Virus record (IMG/VR): IMGVR_UViG_3300022748_000002
Strand: one strand, 5' to 3'
Source of the DNA: a virus
DNA length: 62,675 bases
In this document: positions 35,404-42,390 of the stretch, in pieces
How positions within the stretch are numbered: the first letter of the stretch is position 1
Layout of the letters: every line of letters begins with the position of its first letter
Translations under genes and position numbers: made by a program
Notes under the pieces: model-generated
Database searches by the model: none
The model's input: only the letters and a program-made list of their open reading frames with translations
Told to the model about the DNA's origin: nothing

Positions 35404-35591
35404 GGCGACACCACGCATTTCGTATGCTTCGACACCCAGATGTCACCAGCCATGCGCTCGTACAGCGCGCCTTCGATGCACTTGTACCTTGCTTGGGTTT
35501 CCACGCTGCGCATGCGGTCGTCAATTGATGCTTCTTTCTTGCCACACGCCACCATGGACAGCAGTGTGAGCAGGGCTACAAAGTATTTCAT
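35400..35591 (-). CDS. Small lipoprotein (63 aa)
   Basis: Signal peptide plus lipobox MKYFVALLTLLSMVAC. Confidence 0.6.
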   Translation of the reverse strand: MKYFVALLTLLSMVACGKKEASIDDRMRSVETQARYKCIEGALYERMAGDIWVSKHTKCVVSP

Positions 35592-35794
35592 GCTGTTGCT
35601 CCTGTAGGTTTGATGCGGGCCACCTTCACGCGGATCATTCCGCGCTCGTAGTAGTGCTGAAAGAACTTCAAGAAGTCGCTTCGCATGTTCTGCGCGTCCA
35701 GTTCAATGAACGCATCGTTCGTGGCCACCATGCCATTGCTGATGCGCACCGGATCACGGACCACGATCTTGTAGTCATGTCGGGAGATGTTCAT
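35588..35794 (-). CDS. Hypothetical protein (68 aa)
   Basis: ATGA overlaps on both sides. Confidence 0.55.
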   Translation of the reverse strand: MNISRHDYKIVVRDPVRISNGMVATNDAFIELDAQNMRSDFLKFFQHYYERGMIRVKVARIKPTGATA

Positions 35795-36096
35795 GGCAGC
35801 ACCTCGTAAGAGTCAAAGGAAAGCTGGCGCGAGCCCCAGCTGTCAATCACGTCGGCGTTCAAGTAAACGCTGTGGTCGTACATCCGTGGGCCCCAGCCGG
35901 GTTGCGTGACGCGCACATCAGTGACCTTGGCCCGATGACCACGGCCATCACCGGCGGTGATCAGGACCTCGTCGCCGACCTTCACGCCCCTGTCGTACTT
36001 GATTGGCAAAGCCTCGCATTCATGCGCAGCCTGCTCTGTGCTGTGGGGCTTCAAGCACTTTTCGCATTGGTACAAAGTGGTGGTGATGATCTTCAT
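35791..36096 (-). CDS. Hypothetical protein (101 aa), N-terminal zinc-ribbon-like
   Basis: N-terminal CEKC...HEC. ATGA overlaps on both sides. Confidence 0.6.
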   Translation of the reverse strand: MKIITTTLYQCEKCLKPHSTEQAAHECEALPIKYDRGVKVGDEVLITAGDGRGHRAKVTDVRVTQPGWGPRMYDHSVYLNADVIDSWGSRQLSFDSYEVLP

Positions 36097-36332
36097 TTCT
36101 CCACCCCCTCAAACTTCTGATCAGCGTCCTTGTAAAACGACATGAACATGTGGATGGCACGGTGCAAGTCCATTCCTCCCATAGCCGCGCATCCCGCAGC
36201 TACGCGCACCGCAGCCACCATGCACACCCGCTTGTCTTTGCTGGCATTGAACATGGCCTTGGCCATGTCGGCTGCAACCAGTGTGGCTTCCAGTTGAAAT
36301 TTGTCGAGGTCTTCTTTGGTTGGCTTAGTCAT
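36093..36332 (-). CDS. Hypothetical protein (79 aa)
   Basis: Compact overlaps with both neighbours. Confidence 0.55.
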   Translation of the reverse strand: MTKPTKEDLDKFQLEATLVAADMAKAMFNASKDKRVCMVAAVRVAAGCAAMGGMDLHRAIHMFMSFYKDADQKFEGVEK

Positions 36333-36558
36333 TTGTCTGTTCCTTTGCTTGTTTGCGTGCGTTGTCCCATGCTTTGTGTGTGTCCCACCATTCCTGCAGC
36401 TCTGGGTCGGTGAGCTTCAAGGGGGCTTGTTGGATGTGTTCTAACGAACCGAGGACCGAGCACAGCCAGCGGGCCAGCTGCGCGCGCTCCTTCTCCGTCT
36501 TGGCTTCGGTTTCAGCGCGGACGTAGTCAGGGGAATTTCTATGGTCATAGCACGGCAT
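36325..36558 (-). CDS. Hypothetical protein (77 aa)
   Basis: Trimmed to ATG 36558 (MPCYDHRNSPDY...). Confidence 0.5.
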   Translation of the reverse strand: MPCYDHRNSPDYVRAETEAKTEKERAQLARWLCSVLGSLEHIQQAPLKLTDPELQEWWDTHKAWDNARKQAKEQTND

Positions 36559-36769
36559 ATGGGTCTCCTTCGGGTGAGTCAATTGCGCCCAATGAACCTT
36601 CTTCCCACTGGTCACAGGTTTTTGTTTTTGTGGTGTACTTGGCACGGTTTGGGGACCGCGGACCGAGGCACAGGGCCTGCATTCCACTCTCTCCCGATTG
36701 CGCGATCATTTCTGACCAGTAGCGACACCCGTGGCAGTTTTTTGTTTCGCCCCAGCTTCGGTAATCCAT
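36545..36769 (-). CDS. Hypothetical Cys-containing protein (74 aa)
   Basis: Contains CHGCRYW...C...C. Confidence 0.55.
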   Translation of the reverse strand: MDYRSWGETKNCHGCRYWSEMIAQSGESGMQALCLGPRSPNRAKYTTKTKTCDQWEEGSLGAIDSPEGDPYAVL

Positions 36770-37059
36770 CAGATTTCTCCCTTTTGGGTCTCAAAATAAT
36801 TCACGGCGCGCTCTTGTATGTCCTGCAGGATCGATTCATGCAAGATGCCAAAAATGTCTAGGCCATCGGGCAAGTGGACGTACTGCAAGTTCCACGCTTC
36901 GGGGTAGTCGGGCTCCAGCTTCAAGCCAGACATCGGCTCCACAGAGCCCAGCTCTTCCTCTTCGTATTCAAAGAAGCAGGCCAGCTCCACGCCATTCAAC
37001 TCGTCGCACTCATAGTCAAAGCGAACCAAGTCGCTGTGTTCGGGGATTTTGCTCATCAT
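36769..37059 (-). CDS. Hypothetical acidic protein (96 aa)
   Basis: SD AAGGAG upstream of the ATGATG start. Glu/Asp-rich. Confidence 0.55.
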   Translation of the reverse strand: MMSKIPEHSDLVRFDYECDELNGVELACFFEYEEEELGSVEPMSGLKLEPDYPEAWNLQYVHLPDGLDIFGILHESILQDIQERAVNYFETQKGEI

Positions 37060-37066
37060 TTACTCC

Positions 37067-37150
37067 TTAGCGGGTTATTGCCCAAACCCAAAAACAAAAC
37101 GCGGCCAACAAAAAGGCGTTGTTCAAAACATCGGCGGTGGTTTCAGTCAT
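37067..37150 (-). CDS. Possible hydrophobic micro-ORF (27 aa)
   Basis: ATGA overlap with the upstream stop. MTETTADVLNNAFLLAAFCFWVWAITR. Its stop lies inside the SD of the next gene. Very short, so tentative. Confidence 0.3.
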   Translation of the reverse strand: MTETTADVLNNAFLLAAFCFWVWAITR

Positions 37151-37434
37151 CGGGCACAACCTTTCATGAAAGAAATCAAAATCAACACCACGCCCACAGC
37201 ACCGATCAAGGACCACGGGCTTTGATTGATCCAGTCCGAGATGCGACGTTCGAGGCTCAAGGGCCATCCCATCAGGTTGGCCTGAATCTTCTCGGCATCC
37301 GCGTCCATGGCGGGCATTGGCGGGGTGTACAACAGGCCAATCTTCACTTTGCCTGTGTCGTATGGCACCACCTGCTTTTGGTGGGCCTTGTGGCTGTTTT
37401 TGATGCGCCTGTTGCGCTTGGAAGAGGGCTTCAT
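37147..37434 (-). CDS. Protein with basic N-terminus and C-terminal TM segment (95 aa)
   Basis: N-terminal KPSSKRNRRIKNSHKAHQK. C-terminal WSLIGAVGVVLILISF. Confidence 0.55.
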   Translation of the reverse strand: MKPSSKRNRRIKNSHKAHQKQVVPYDTGKVKIGLLYTPPMPAMDADAEKIQANLMGWPLSLERRISDWINQSPWSLIGAVGVVLILISFMKGCAR

Positions 37435-37889
37435 AGTAAGTTCAACTTTTTGTTTGTAACGGCATCATCGCCATAGGTTTTTTCCGCTTCGTGGTCATAT
37501 GCTTTTGCGGCCAGCACTTCGTCCTTAAACAGGCCTACATACTTTCCGCCCACATAAACCTGCCACTTGTCCTTGTGCTTTCCCACGCCCTTGTATTTGC
37601 TTGTGCCCCTGCTCGCTTGATTGAGCGCATTCAAAAAAGGAGTCACAACACGCAGGTTTGCTTTCCGGTTGTCCAGCTTGTTTCGGTTGATGTGGTCAAC
37701 TATCTCGTTGTCTTTCGCTTGCAAAACCATTCTGTGCATCGGTACATATTTCCTGACCCCAACTGCTACGCGAACCCATGTTCTTGCATAGCCTCTAGGG
37801 GAAATATTCCAGCTCATGCGATGAGCCCACTCGAATGTGTCCTCATCAACCAGAATTTCTTTTCCTGAAGCAGCTTTGATAATTGGCAT
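37431..37889 (-). CDS. HNH endonuclease with AP2-type DNA-binding domain (152 aa), homing-endonuclease-like
   Basis: Trimmed to ATG 37889 with SD GGAGG. HNH core DHINRNKLDNRKANLR. AP2-like SKYKGVGKHKDKWQVYVGGKYVGLFKDEVLAAKAYD. Confidence 0.8.
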   Translation of the reverse strand: MPIIKAASGKEILVDEDTFEWAHRMSWNISPRGYARTWVRVAVGVRKYVPMHRMVLQAKDNEIVDHINRNKLDNRKANLRVVTPFLNALNQASRGTSKYKGVGKHKDKWQVYVGGKYVGLFKDEVLAAKAYDHEAEKTYGDDAVTNKKLNLL

Positions 37890-38012
37890 ATGTCCTCCTT
37901 GTGGTACTGGCCCTATGATACTACAGGGGTGAGTCCTCATGGTTGGCAGGATTGAACTTCGGGACGCTGTTGCCGCGGTCCAAAGGATTGGGGAAGGGCG
38001 GGAACGGCCAGC

Positions 38013-38336
38013 TCATCGCGCAGCCGCCTTCACCGCTGCCCCCAAACGGGCATAGTGATCCAAAGCCTTGGCCGACGGGACCAAATACTTGGTTCGACGG
38101 TTCTCGTCTTCATACTTGTGCTCAATCAAGCCCTTCTCCAACAATTCGTCCAACTTGCGGTGGATCGTGGCAGGCGAGGCAATGAAGGACAACGTCATGG
38201 CTTCAGTCACGGACAACGGTTCAGCATCACAGAGGCTGATTTCATCCAACAAGGCGACCGAAACACGGTCCACGGACAACGAAGCAGGGATGTCGCCGGC
38301 ATGCGCCAGAAATTTGAAATAGGTACGGTCAATCAT
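38013..38336 (-). CDS. MarR-like winged-helix transcriptional regulator (107 aa)
   Basis: LSVTEAMTLSFIASPATIHRKLDELLEKGLIEHKYEDENRRTKYLVPS fits a MarR-type wHTH. Second gene of the leftward unit. Confidence 0.6.
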   Translation of the reverse strand: MIDRTYFKFLAHAGDIPASLSVDRVSVALLDEISLCDAEPLSVTEAMTLSFIASPATIHRKLDELLEKGLIEHKYEDENRRTKYLVPSAKALDHYARLGAAVKAAAR

Positions 38337-38572
38337 TGCAAAGGCTCCTTCTTACCACGCTTGGTGGCCAAATCGTTATAGGCAGAGGCGACACCAGCCA
38401 AGGTGTGCTCCAAATCAATCCCCATGCCATGGCTCAAAGACGCAGTCGTCAAAATCAACGCGACATAGGCATCGACAGGGTTTTCAAAGTTCTCGTGCAA
38501 GATGTTCAACAACATCCGCGACGCATTCAACGTGTCACGGACCAAGGTGCTCTCATCAATATCAGGGCTCAT
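38333..38572 (-). CDS. Hypothetical protein (79 aa), first gene of the leftward arm
   Basis: ATG preceded by CTAGAAAGGATAGAGCG (the conserved leader) and a strong promoter-like site. Confidence 0.6.
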   Translation of the reverse strand: MSPDIDESTLVRDTLNASRMLLNILHENFENPVDAYVALILTTASLSHGMGIDLEHTLAGVASAYNDLATKRGKKEPLQ

Positions 38573-38612
38573 CGCTCTATCCTTTCTAGGGTTTTTGGGA
38601 AATCACGGGGTT

Positions 38613-38640
38613 ACTATAGCATACGATTATGTTCTTGCAA
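38613..38640 (-). promoter_or_regulatory. Sigma70-like promoter for the leftward arm
   Basis: On the minus strand: TTGCAA, 16 nt, TGC-TATAGT (extended -10). A leader ending CTAGAAAGGATAGAGCG-ATG (38572) follows. Confidence 0.55.
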
Positions 38641-38728
38641 ACACTTTTTTAGTTCTTTGTTGAACTATTTGGTAGGGGTTTACCCTTATACATGGTGGAG
38701 GGAAAAGGGCTGTTGATAAGTGGGTAAT

Positions 38729-38737
38729 TGTGGATAA
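38729..38737. promoter_or_regulatory. Perfect DnaA-box 9-mer (TGTGGATAA = TTATCCACA)
   Basis: Exact consensus. A 7/9 relative, TGTGGACAG, lies at 38741-38749. An AT-rich stretch lies about 150 bp downstream. Confidence 0.25.
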
Positions 38738-39070
38738 GTCTGTGGACAGGTTGGAAAAGTAATGAGGAAGTGTGCGTGGACCGCGGACCGAGGGCCTTGA
38801 GGAGTGGGTTAGGGTTTACCCTTAAAAGAGGGGGTATTTTGGACCGTGGATCGGGGCTTTTTCGCGAATTTTCGAATCCTATAGAGCCTCTGGCTGAAAA
38901 AAAAGTGTTTTATTTTTCAAGTATCTTGTAAAATGGACATTTCAGTGTAATGGACGAAATTTGAGAGGGGAATGATCCATTACGGCATGAAAAGTGAACT
39001 GTAGGGCAGTGTGAGAGGTGTATTTTGATTAAAAAACAGGCATTTTTCAGGGGGGCTCCGTGAGTCACTT

Positions 39071-39099
39071 TTGAAAATTCAAAAACTACCTCTTACCCT
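39071..39099 (+). promoter_or_regulatory. Candidate promoter for the rightward unit starting at 39142
   Basis: TTGAAA, 17 nt, TACCCT. It overlaps the inverted repeats TTTGAA-AA-TTCAAA and ACCC-TTTTT-GGGT. Confidence 0.35.
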
Positions 39100-39141
39100 T
39101 TTTGGGTCTATAGGGCCGCGCAACAACTTTGAAGGAACCAC

Positions 39142-39357
39142 ATGACAATCCCGCACGACATCCTGATGCCGCAGAATAACGGCCGATTCAAATACCCCTT
39201 TGGCACCATGCAGATCGGGGAGACTTTTTTGGTGACCATCAAGGAAGTGGCCGACAGCGTCCGCGTGTCCGCCATCAGCTACACCAAGTCGCATCCTGAT
39301 CGACATTTTCAAATCTACAAGGTCGACCAAGGGTGGCGCACCGTCCGCACAAGGTGA
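39142..39357 (+). CDS. Hypothetical protein (71 aa), paralog 1
   Basis: SD AAGGA. RFKYPFGTMQIGETFLVT...ADSVRVSAISY...GWRTVRT aligns with the next ORF. Confidence 0.6.
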   Translation: MTIPHDILMPQNNGRFKYPFGTMQIGETFLVTIKEVADSVRVSAISYTKSHPDRHFQIYKVDQGWRTVRTR

Positions 39358-39386
39358 TTGCACGAAAAGAATTCCGCCTTTACACT
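39358..39386 (+). promoter_or_regulatory. Candidate internal promoter between the two paralogs
   Basis: TTGCAC, 17 nt, TACACT. Confidence 0.4.
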
Positions 39387-39417
39387 CACGTACAGAAAAG
39401 TTTCCGAGAGTTACAAA

Positions 39418-39633
39418 ATGTACAAAGTAGATCGCGGGATTGAATATCCCGACAGCCGCACCCGATACCCATTCAATGACATGGAAGTGGGGGACAGCAT
39501 CCTGTTCACCGAGCGCGCGCCCGCAGACAGCGCCCGCGTGGCCGCTTTGCGGTTCGCCCGCATCCAGACACCACCATGGCGGTTTTCCCTGCGCACGGTG
39601 TCGAATGGTTTCCGCCTGTGGAGAACCTTGTAA
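39418..39633 (+). CDS. Hypothetical protein (71 aa), paralog 2
   Basis: Track ORF 39358..39633 trimmed to ATG 39418. RTRYPFNDMEVGDSILFT...ADSARVAALRF...GFRLWRT parallels the 39142 ORF. Confidence 0.55.
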   Translation: MYKVDRGIEYPDSRTRYPFNDMEVGDSILFTERAPADSARVAALRFARIQTPPWRFSLRTVSNGFRLWRTL

Positions 39634-40307
39634 TGGGAAAAAAGGACGTTTACAACGTACCGCCTGCACTGCGCGACAAAGCAGCGTCCCGCATGGCCAC
39701 CGAAGTGGCCCCGCTGCGAAAACAGCCCCGCACGGTCAACGCCAAGGAATGGAAGTTCATCACCGAGCTGGTAAGCGGGGACGGGCGCGTCACCATGAAA
39801 GAGGCGGCCATCAGGGCAGGGTACAAACCCAGCTCCGCCTCCGTCATGGCGTGGAAGCTGACAAACCCAGAATTGAACCCGCACGTGGTGGCCGCGATTC
39901 AGGCATACCGCGCAGAGTTGAATTCGAAGTACAACACCAGCTACGAGCGCCACATGCGCGACCTGCAGATCATCCGCGACAAAGCTTTGGAAAATGGTGC
40001 GTACGCGGCAGCCGTGCAGGCAGAGTATCGACGCGGCCAAGCCTTGGGCAGCATTTACGTGGACCGCAAGGAAATTCGCACGGGCACAATCGACAGCATG
40101 AGCAAGGAAGAGGTCCAGAAAAAGCTCGACGAATTGAAAAAGCTCTACGGCGGACCACCACCCAGCGCCTTGATTGACGCCAGCACAGGACAAATAATTG
40201 ACAGTCTCGAACGCGAAAAAGACCCGGCTTTTGACGCTGGAGTGGCAGAGCCTCCGCCCGATATATTTGAACGGGACAATGATTTGGGGCCCGACGATGA
40301 AACCTGA
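39633..40307 (+). CDS. terS: Terminase small subunit-like protein (224 aa)
   Basis: Trimmed to ATG 39633 (TAATG coupling). AKEWKFITELVSGDGRVTMKEAAIRAGYKPSSASVMAWKLTNPELNPHVVAAIQ matches the N-terminal HTH pattern of Terminase_2-type small terminases, as I recall it. Confidence 0.7.
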   Translation: MGKKDVYNVPPALRDKAASRMATEVAPLRKQPRTVNAKEWKFITELVSGDGRVTMKEAAIRAGYKPSSASVMAWKLTNPELNPHVVAAIQAYRAELNSKYNTSYERHMRDLQIIRDKALENGAYAAAVQAEYRRGQALGSIYVDRKEIRTGTIDSMSKEEVQKKLDELKKLYGGPPPSALIDASTGQIIDSLEREKDPAFDAGVAEPPPDIFERDNDLGPDDET

Positions 40308-40716
40308 GGCCAGATTTTCCGCGCGGGTGCGTGATGCCCTGATACGGTTCGACGTGGCAATTGAGCGCATTGAAAACCGCGTCAATCTGGGAATTCCTGA
40401 CATGTTGGTCGGCGTGGGCGACCGGTTTGTCATGATGGAGCTGAAAGTCGTTTCCAGCGGCTTGAAGGTTTCACTTCGGCCGCACCAGATCGCATTTTTG
40501 ACCCGGCACGCAGCGAAGGGCCGGCCGTGCTTTATTTTGGTCCTGCAGGAAGGGGGCACCACTTTGAAACCGGCGAAGATTCACCTATACCGGGGCAGCG
40601 ACGCCATGGACGTGGCCGCGCATGGCCTGCGCCATCCAGCATTGGCAGTGTGGCCGTCGCATGGCATGCCATGGGCGGACCTATACGGGTGGCTATCGAA
40701 TACCGAAAAGGCATAG
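40297..40716 (+). CDS. VRR-NUC-like PD-(D/E)xK nuclease (139 aa)
   Basis: Core GIPDMLVGVGDRFVMMELKVVSSGLKVSLRPHQIAFL. ATG 40297 (alternative ATG 40279). Overlaps the terS end. Confidence 0.65.
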   Translation: MKPEARFSARVRDALIRFDVAIERIENRVNLGIPDMLVGVGDRFVMMELKVVSSGLKVSLRPHQIAFLTRHAAKGRPCFILVLQEGGTTLKPAKIHLYRGSDAMDVAAHGLRHPALAVWPSHGMPWADLYGWLSNTEKA

Positions 40717-40721
40717 AAAAA

Positions 40722-40783
40722 ATCAACCGGGCCGGCCATTGTCCTGCGATATGATGGACACCCAATTTAGAAAGGATAGAGAA
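40722..40783 (+). promoter_or_regulatory. Cassette copy A (degenerate): leader retained, -35 and hairpin lost
   Basis: GAAAAAATCAACCGGGCCGGCCATTGTCCTGCGATATGATGG...TTTAGAAAGGATAGAGAA-ATG. Has a TATGAT -10-like hexamer but a poor -35. Confidence 0.3.
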
Positions 40784-40900
40784 ATGACACCCGCTCAAAT
40801 TTGCGAATACTATGACGCGCACCCAAACCTTACCCTGCGAGAGCTGTCGGCCATCACTGGCCTGAGCGTGCCCGCGTTGAAGGCCATATTGATGCCATGA
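40784..40900 (+). CDS. Mini HTH protein (38 aa)
   Basis: ATG directly after the leader TAGAAAGGATAGAGAA. MTPAQICEYYDAHPNLTLRELSAITGLSVPALKAILMP contains a classic HTH. Confidence 0.5.
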   Translation: MTPAQICEYYDAHPNLTLRELSAITGLSVPALKAILMP

Positions 40901-41037
40901 AGACCCGACGCAACCGCATGGCCGCGGTGCGACTTCGGACCCCGTTAAAACGCGAACCAGCAAAGCCGCTAAAGCCACAATTGTGGCGCGTGGTGTTCAT
41001 GATCGTGATGGCCACGATCCTGCACCACATCACGTGA
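40897..41037 (+). CDS. Small basic protein with C-terminal TM segment (46 aa)
   Basis: Not in the track. ATGA overlap. MKTRRNRMAAVRLRTPLKREPAKPLKPQLWRVVFMIVMATILHHIT. Confidence 0.4.
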   Translation: MKTRRNRMAAVRLRTPLKREPAKPLKPQLWRVVFMIVMATILHHIT

Positions 41038-41063
41038 CGGGGCTATCGGTCGCGCCTGCGCCA

Positions 41064-41148
41064 TTGAAAAAATCAATTGGACCGGCATTATTTCCGTGAT
41101 AATATTCCACCCAGTCGCAAACCCGCGACGCCTAGAAAGGATAGAGAC
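41064..41148 (+). promoter_or_regulatory. Cassette copy B: promoter, hairpin, leader
   Basis: A-tract. TTGGAC (41077-82), 17 nt, TGA-TAATAT (41100-05). Hairpin GTCGC-AAACCC-GCGAC (41114-29). TAGAAAGGATAGAGAC-ATG. Confidence 0.6.
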
Positions 41149-41844
41149 ATGCTGAAAACCGTACCCGTTACCGCCAATAAAAAGACCGGCCCCATTGCAG
41201 TGACTTACCGCAGTGGCACCCATGAAACTTATGCCACGTGCCCGAAGTCCTGCGCGCTGCACCCTAAGTCGGAAACCGGCACCACGCAGGTGGACGCGGA
41301 ATATCTGGCCGCTTTGCTGGACGCAGTGCCCCGTCGCGGTATCGCGTGGACTTATTCGCACTTCTCTGCTGCCCTGCTGCCCAAAGCAAAAAAGGGTCAG
41401 ACCGTGATCAACGCGTCCTGCGATAACGTGCACGAAGCGGTCGACGCAGTGGTGCGACTAGGTCGCCCAGCGGTATTGGCCGCACCCAGTGGCACCCAAT
41501 GGCCGCAGACGATCAACGGGGTAAGGTTTCACCGCTGCCCAGCTGAATTGGCCGACAATTTCACCTGCGCCCAATGCGGTAACGGTTCGCCATTGTGTGC
41601 ACGCGCGGACCGCAAAGACGTGGTGGTTTTTGTTGCCCACGGTAGCGGGGCCAAAAAGGTCGGGACCGGGTCGGGTGGATGCTATGCGGCCAGCGGGCCG
41701 ACGGCCATCCAATGGCATAACACCCGCAAAGCCGCGACACCAAACGACGCGCAGGCCCTGCGCGCATTCGCGAAGTCCCTGCCCGCTGGGTCCATGCTGC
41801 GCCACCACGTGGCCGGCGATATCGGCCACGAAGTATCGATTTAA
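41149..41844 (+). CDS. Cys-rich protein of unknown function (231 aa), possibly GP88-like
   Basis: ATG after cassette B. Motifs TCPKSC, FTCAQCGNGSPLC and GGCYAASG. The resemblance to phage GP88-type proteins is a recollection only. Confidence 0.6.
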   Translation: MLKTVPVTANKKTGPIAVTYRSGTHETYATCPKSCALHPKSETGTTQVDAEYLAALLDAVPRRGIAWTYSHFSAALLPKAKKGQTVINASCDNVHEAVDAVVRLGRPAVLAAPSGTQWPQTINGVRFHRCPAELADNFTCAQCGNGSPLCARADRKDVVVFVAHGSGAKKVGTGSGGCYAASGPTAIQWHNTRKAATPNDAQALRAFAKSLPAGSMLRHHVAGDIGHEVSI

Positions 41845-41923
41845 AAAATCAATTGGCCCGGTATTATTTCCGTGATAATATTCACCACGTCGCGATTTTG
41901 CGACGCCTAGAAAGGATAGAGAC
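41841..41923 (+). promoter_or_regulatory. Cassette copy C: promoter, hairpin, leader
   Basis: TTGGCC (41853-58), 17 nt, TGA-TAATAT (41876-81). Hairpin CGTCGC-GATTTT-GCGACG (41888-905). TAGAAAGGATAGAGAC-ATG. Confidence 0.6.
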
Positions 41924-42373
41924 ATGATCGACTTCAACGCATACAAAAACGGTTTTTTTGCAACCCGCGACAATCTGGACGACGCACTGGAATACGCGGC
42001 CGAAGTGGCCGCAGGGTCAAACGATAGCGCGGCCGTTTATACCGCCCTGCACGTGGTCCTGAATACTTTCATTGCCCAGCAGGAAAAGCAGGCACCGGCC
42101 ACCCCTGCCCCGCAGGCGGTAACCCTTACCCCATTGGTGCACGATATCGTCGCCCAGCAGGTAGAGCAGGCCATTGAAGCCCACGCGGACGGACTGCAGG
42201 AAAAAGTCGCGGAATTGGTGCAGGAATGGGCCGACGAAAATCTGCAGGCCCACGTGAGCACGGCCGTGAATGAATGGCTGGATGAAAACCTGAACGACCG
42301 CCTGCAGGGTGAAGGGCTTTGTGAAGCCATTCGCGACGCATTCCGCAACAATCTGCAGATCAGTATCAGCTAA
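41924..42373 (+). CDS. Hypothetical acidic helical protein (149 aa)
   Basis: ATG after cassette C. Confidence 0.6.
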   Translation: MIDFNAYKNGFFATRDNLDDALEYAAEVAAGSNDSAAVYTALHVVLNTFIAQQEKQAPATPAPQAVTLTPLVHDIVAQQVEQAIEAHADGLQEKVAELVQEWADENLQAHVSTAVNEWLDENLNDRLQGEGLCEAIRDAFRNNLQISIS

Positions 42374-42390
42374 TCGACCCGGCTGGACCG

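Noticed and set aside
36653-36668. GGACCGCGGACCGAGG occurs twice (36653 and 38778), and GGACCGCGGACC occurs a third time at 46085, directly before the 46097 ATG.
   Set aside because: About one exact 16-mer pair is expected by chance in 2 x 62.5 kb, and more at this GC content. One copy is ordinary coding sequence (LGPRSP). This is not significant without further evidence.
38013-38336. A lysogeny module, with the MarR-like gene acting as a CI-type repressor.
   Set aside because: I found no integrase, excisionase, ParAB or attP-like feature anywhere. The regulator is more simply an early/late switch component.
39358-39417. The track start at 39358 (non-ATG) for the second paralog.
   Set aside because: The 5' 60 nt coincide with a good promoter-like site and have no counterpart in paralog 1. 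ATG 39418 gives two equal 71-aa paralogs.
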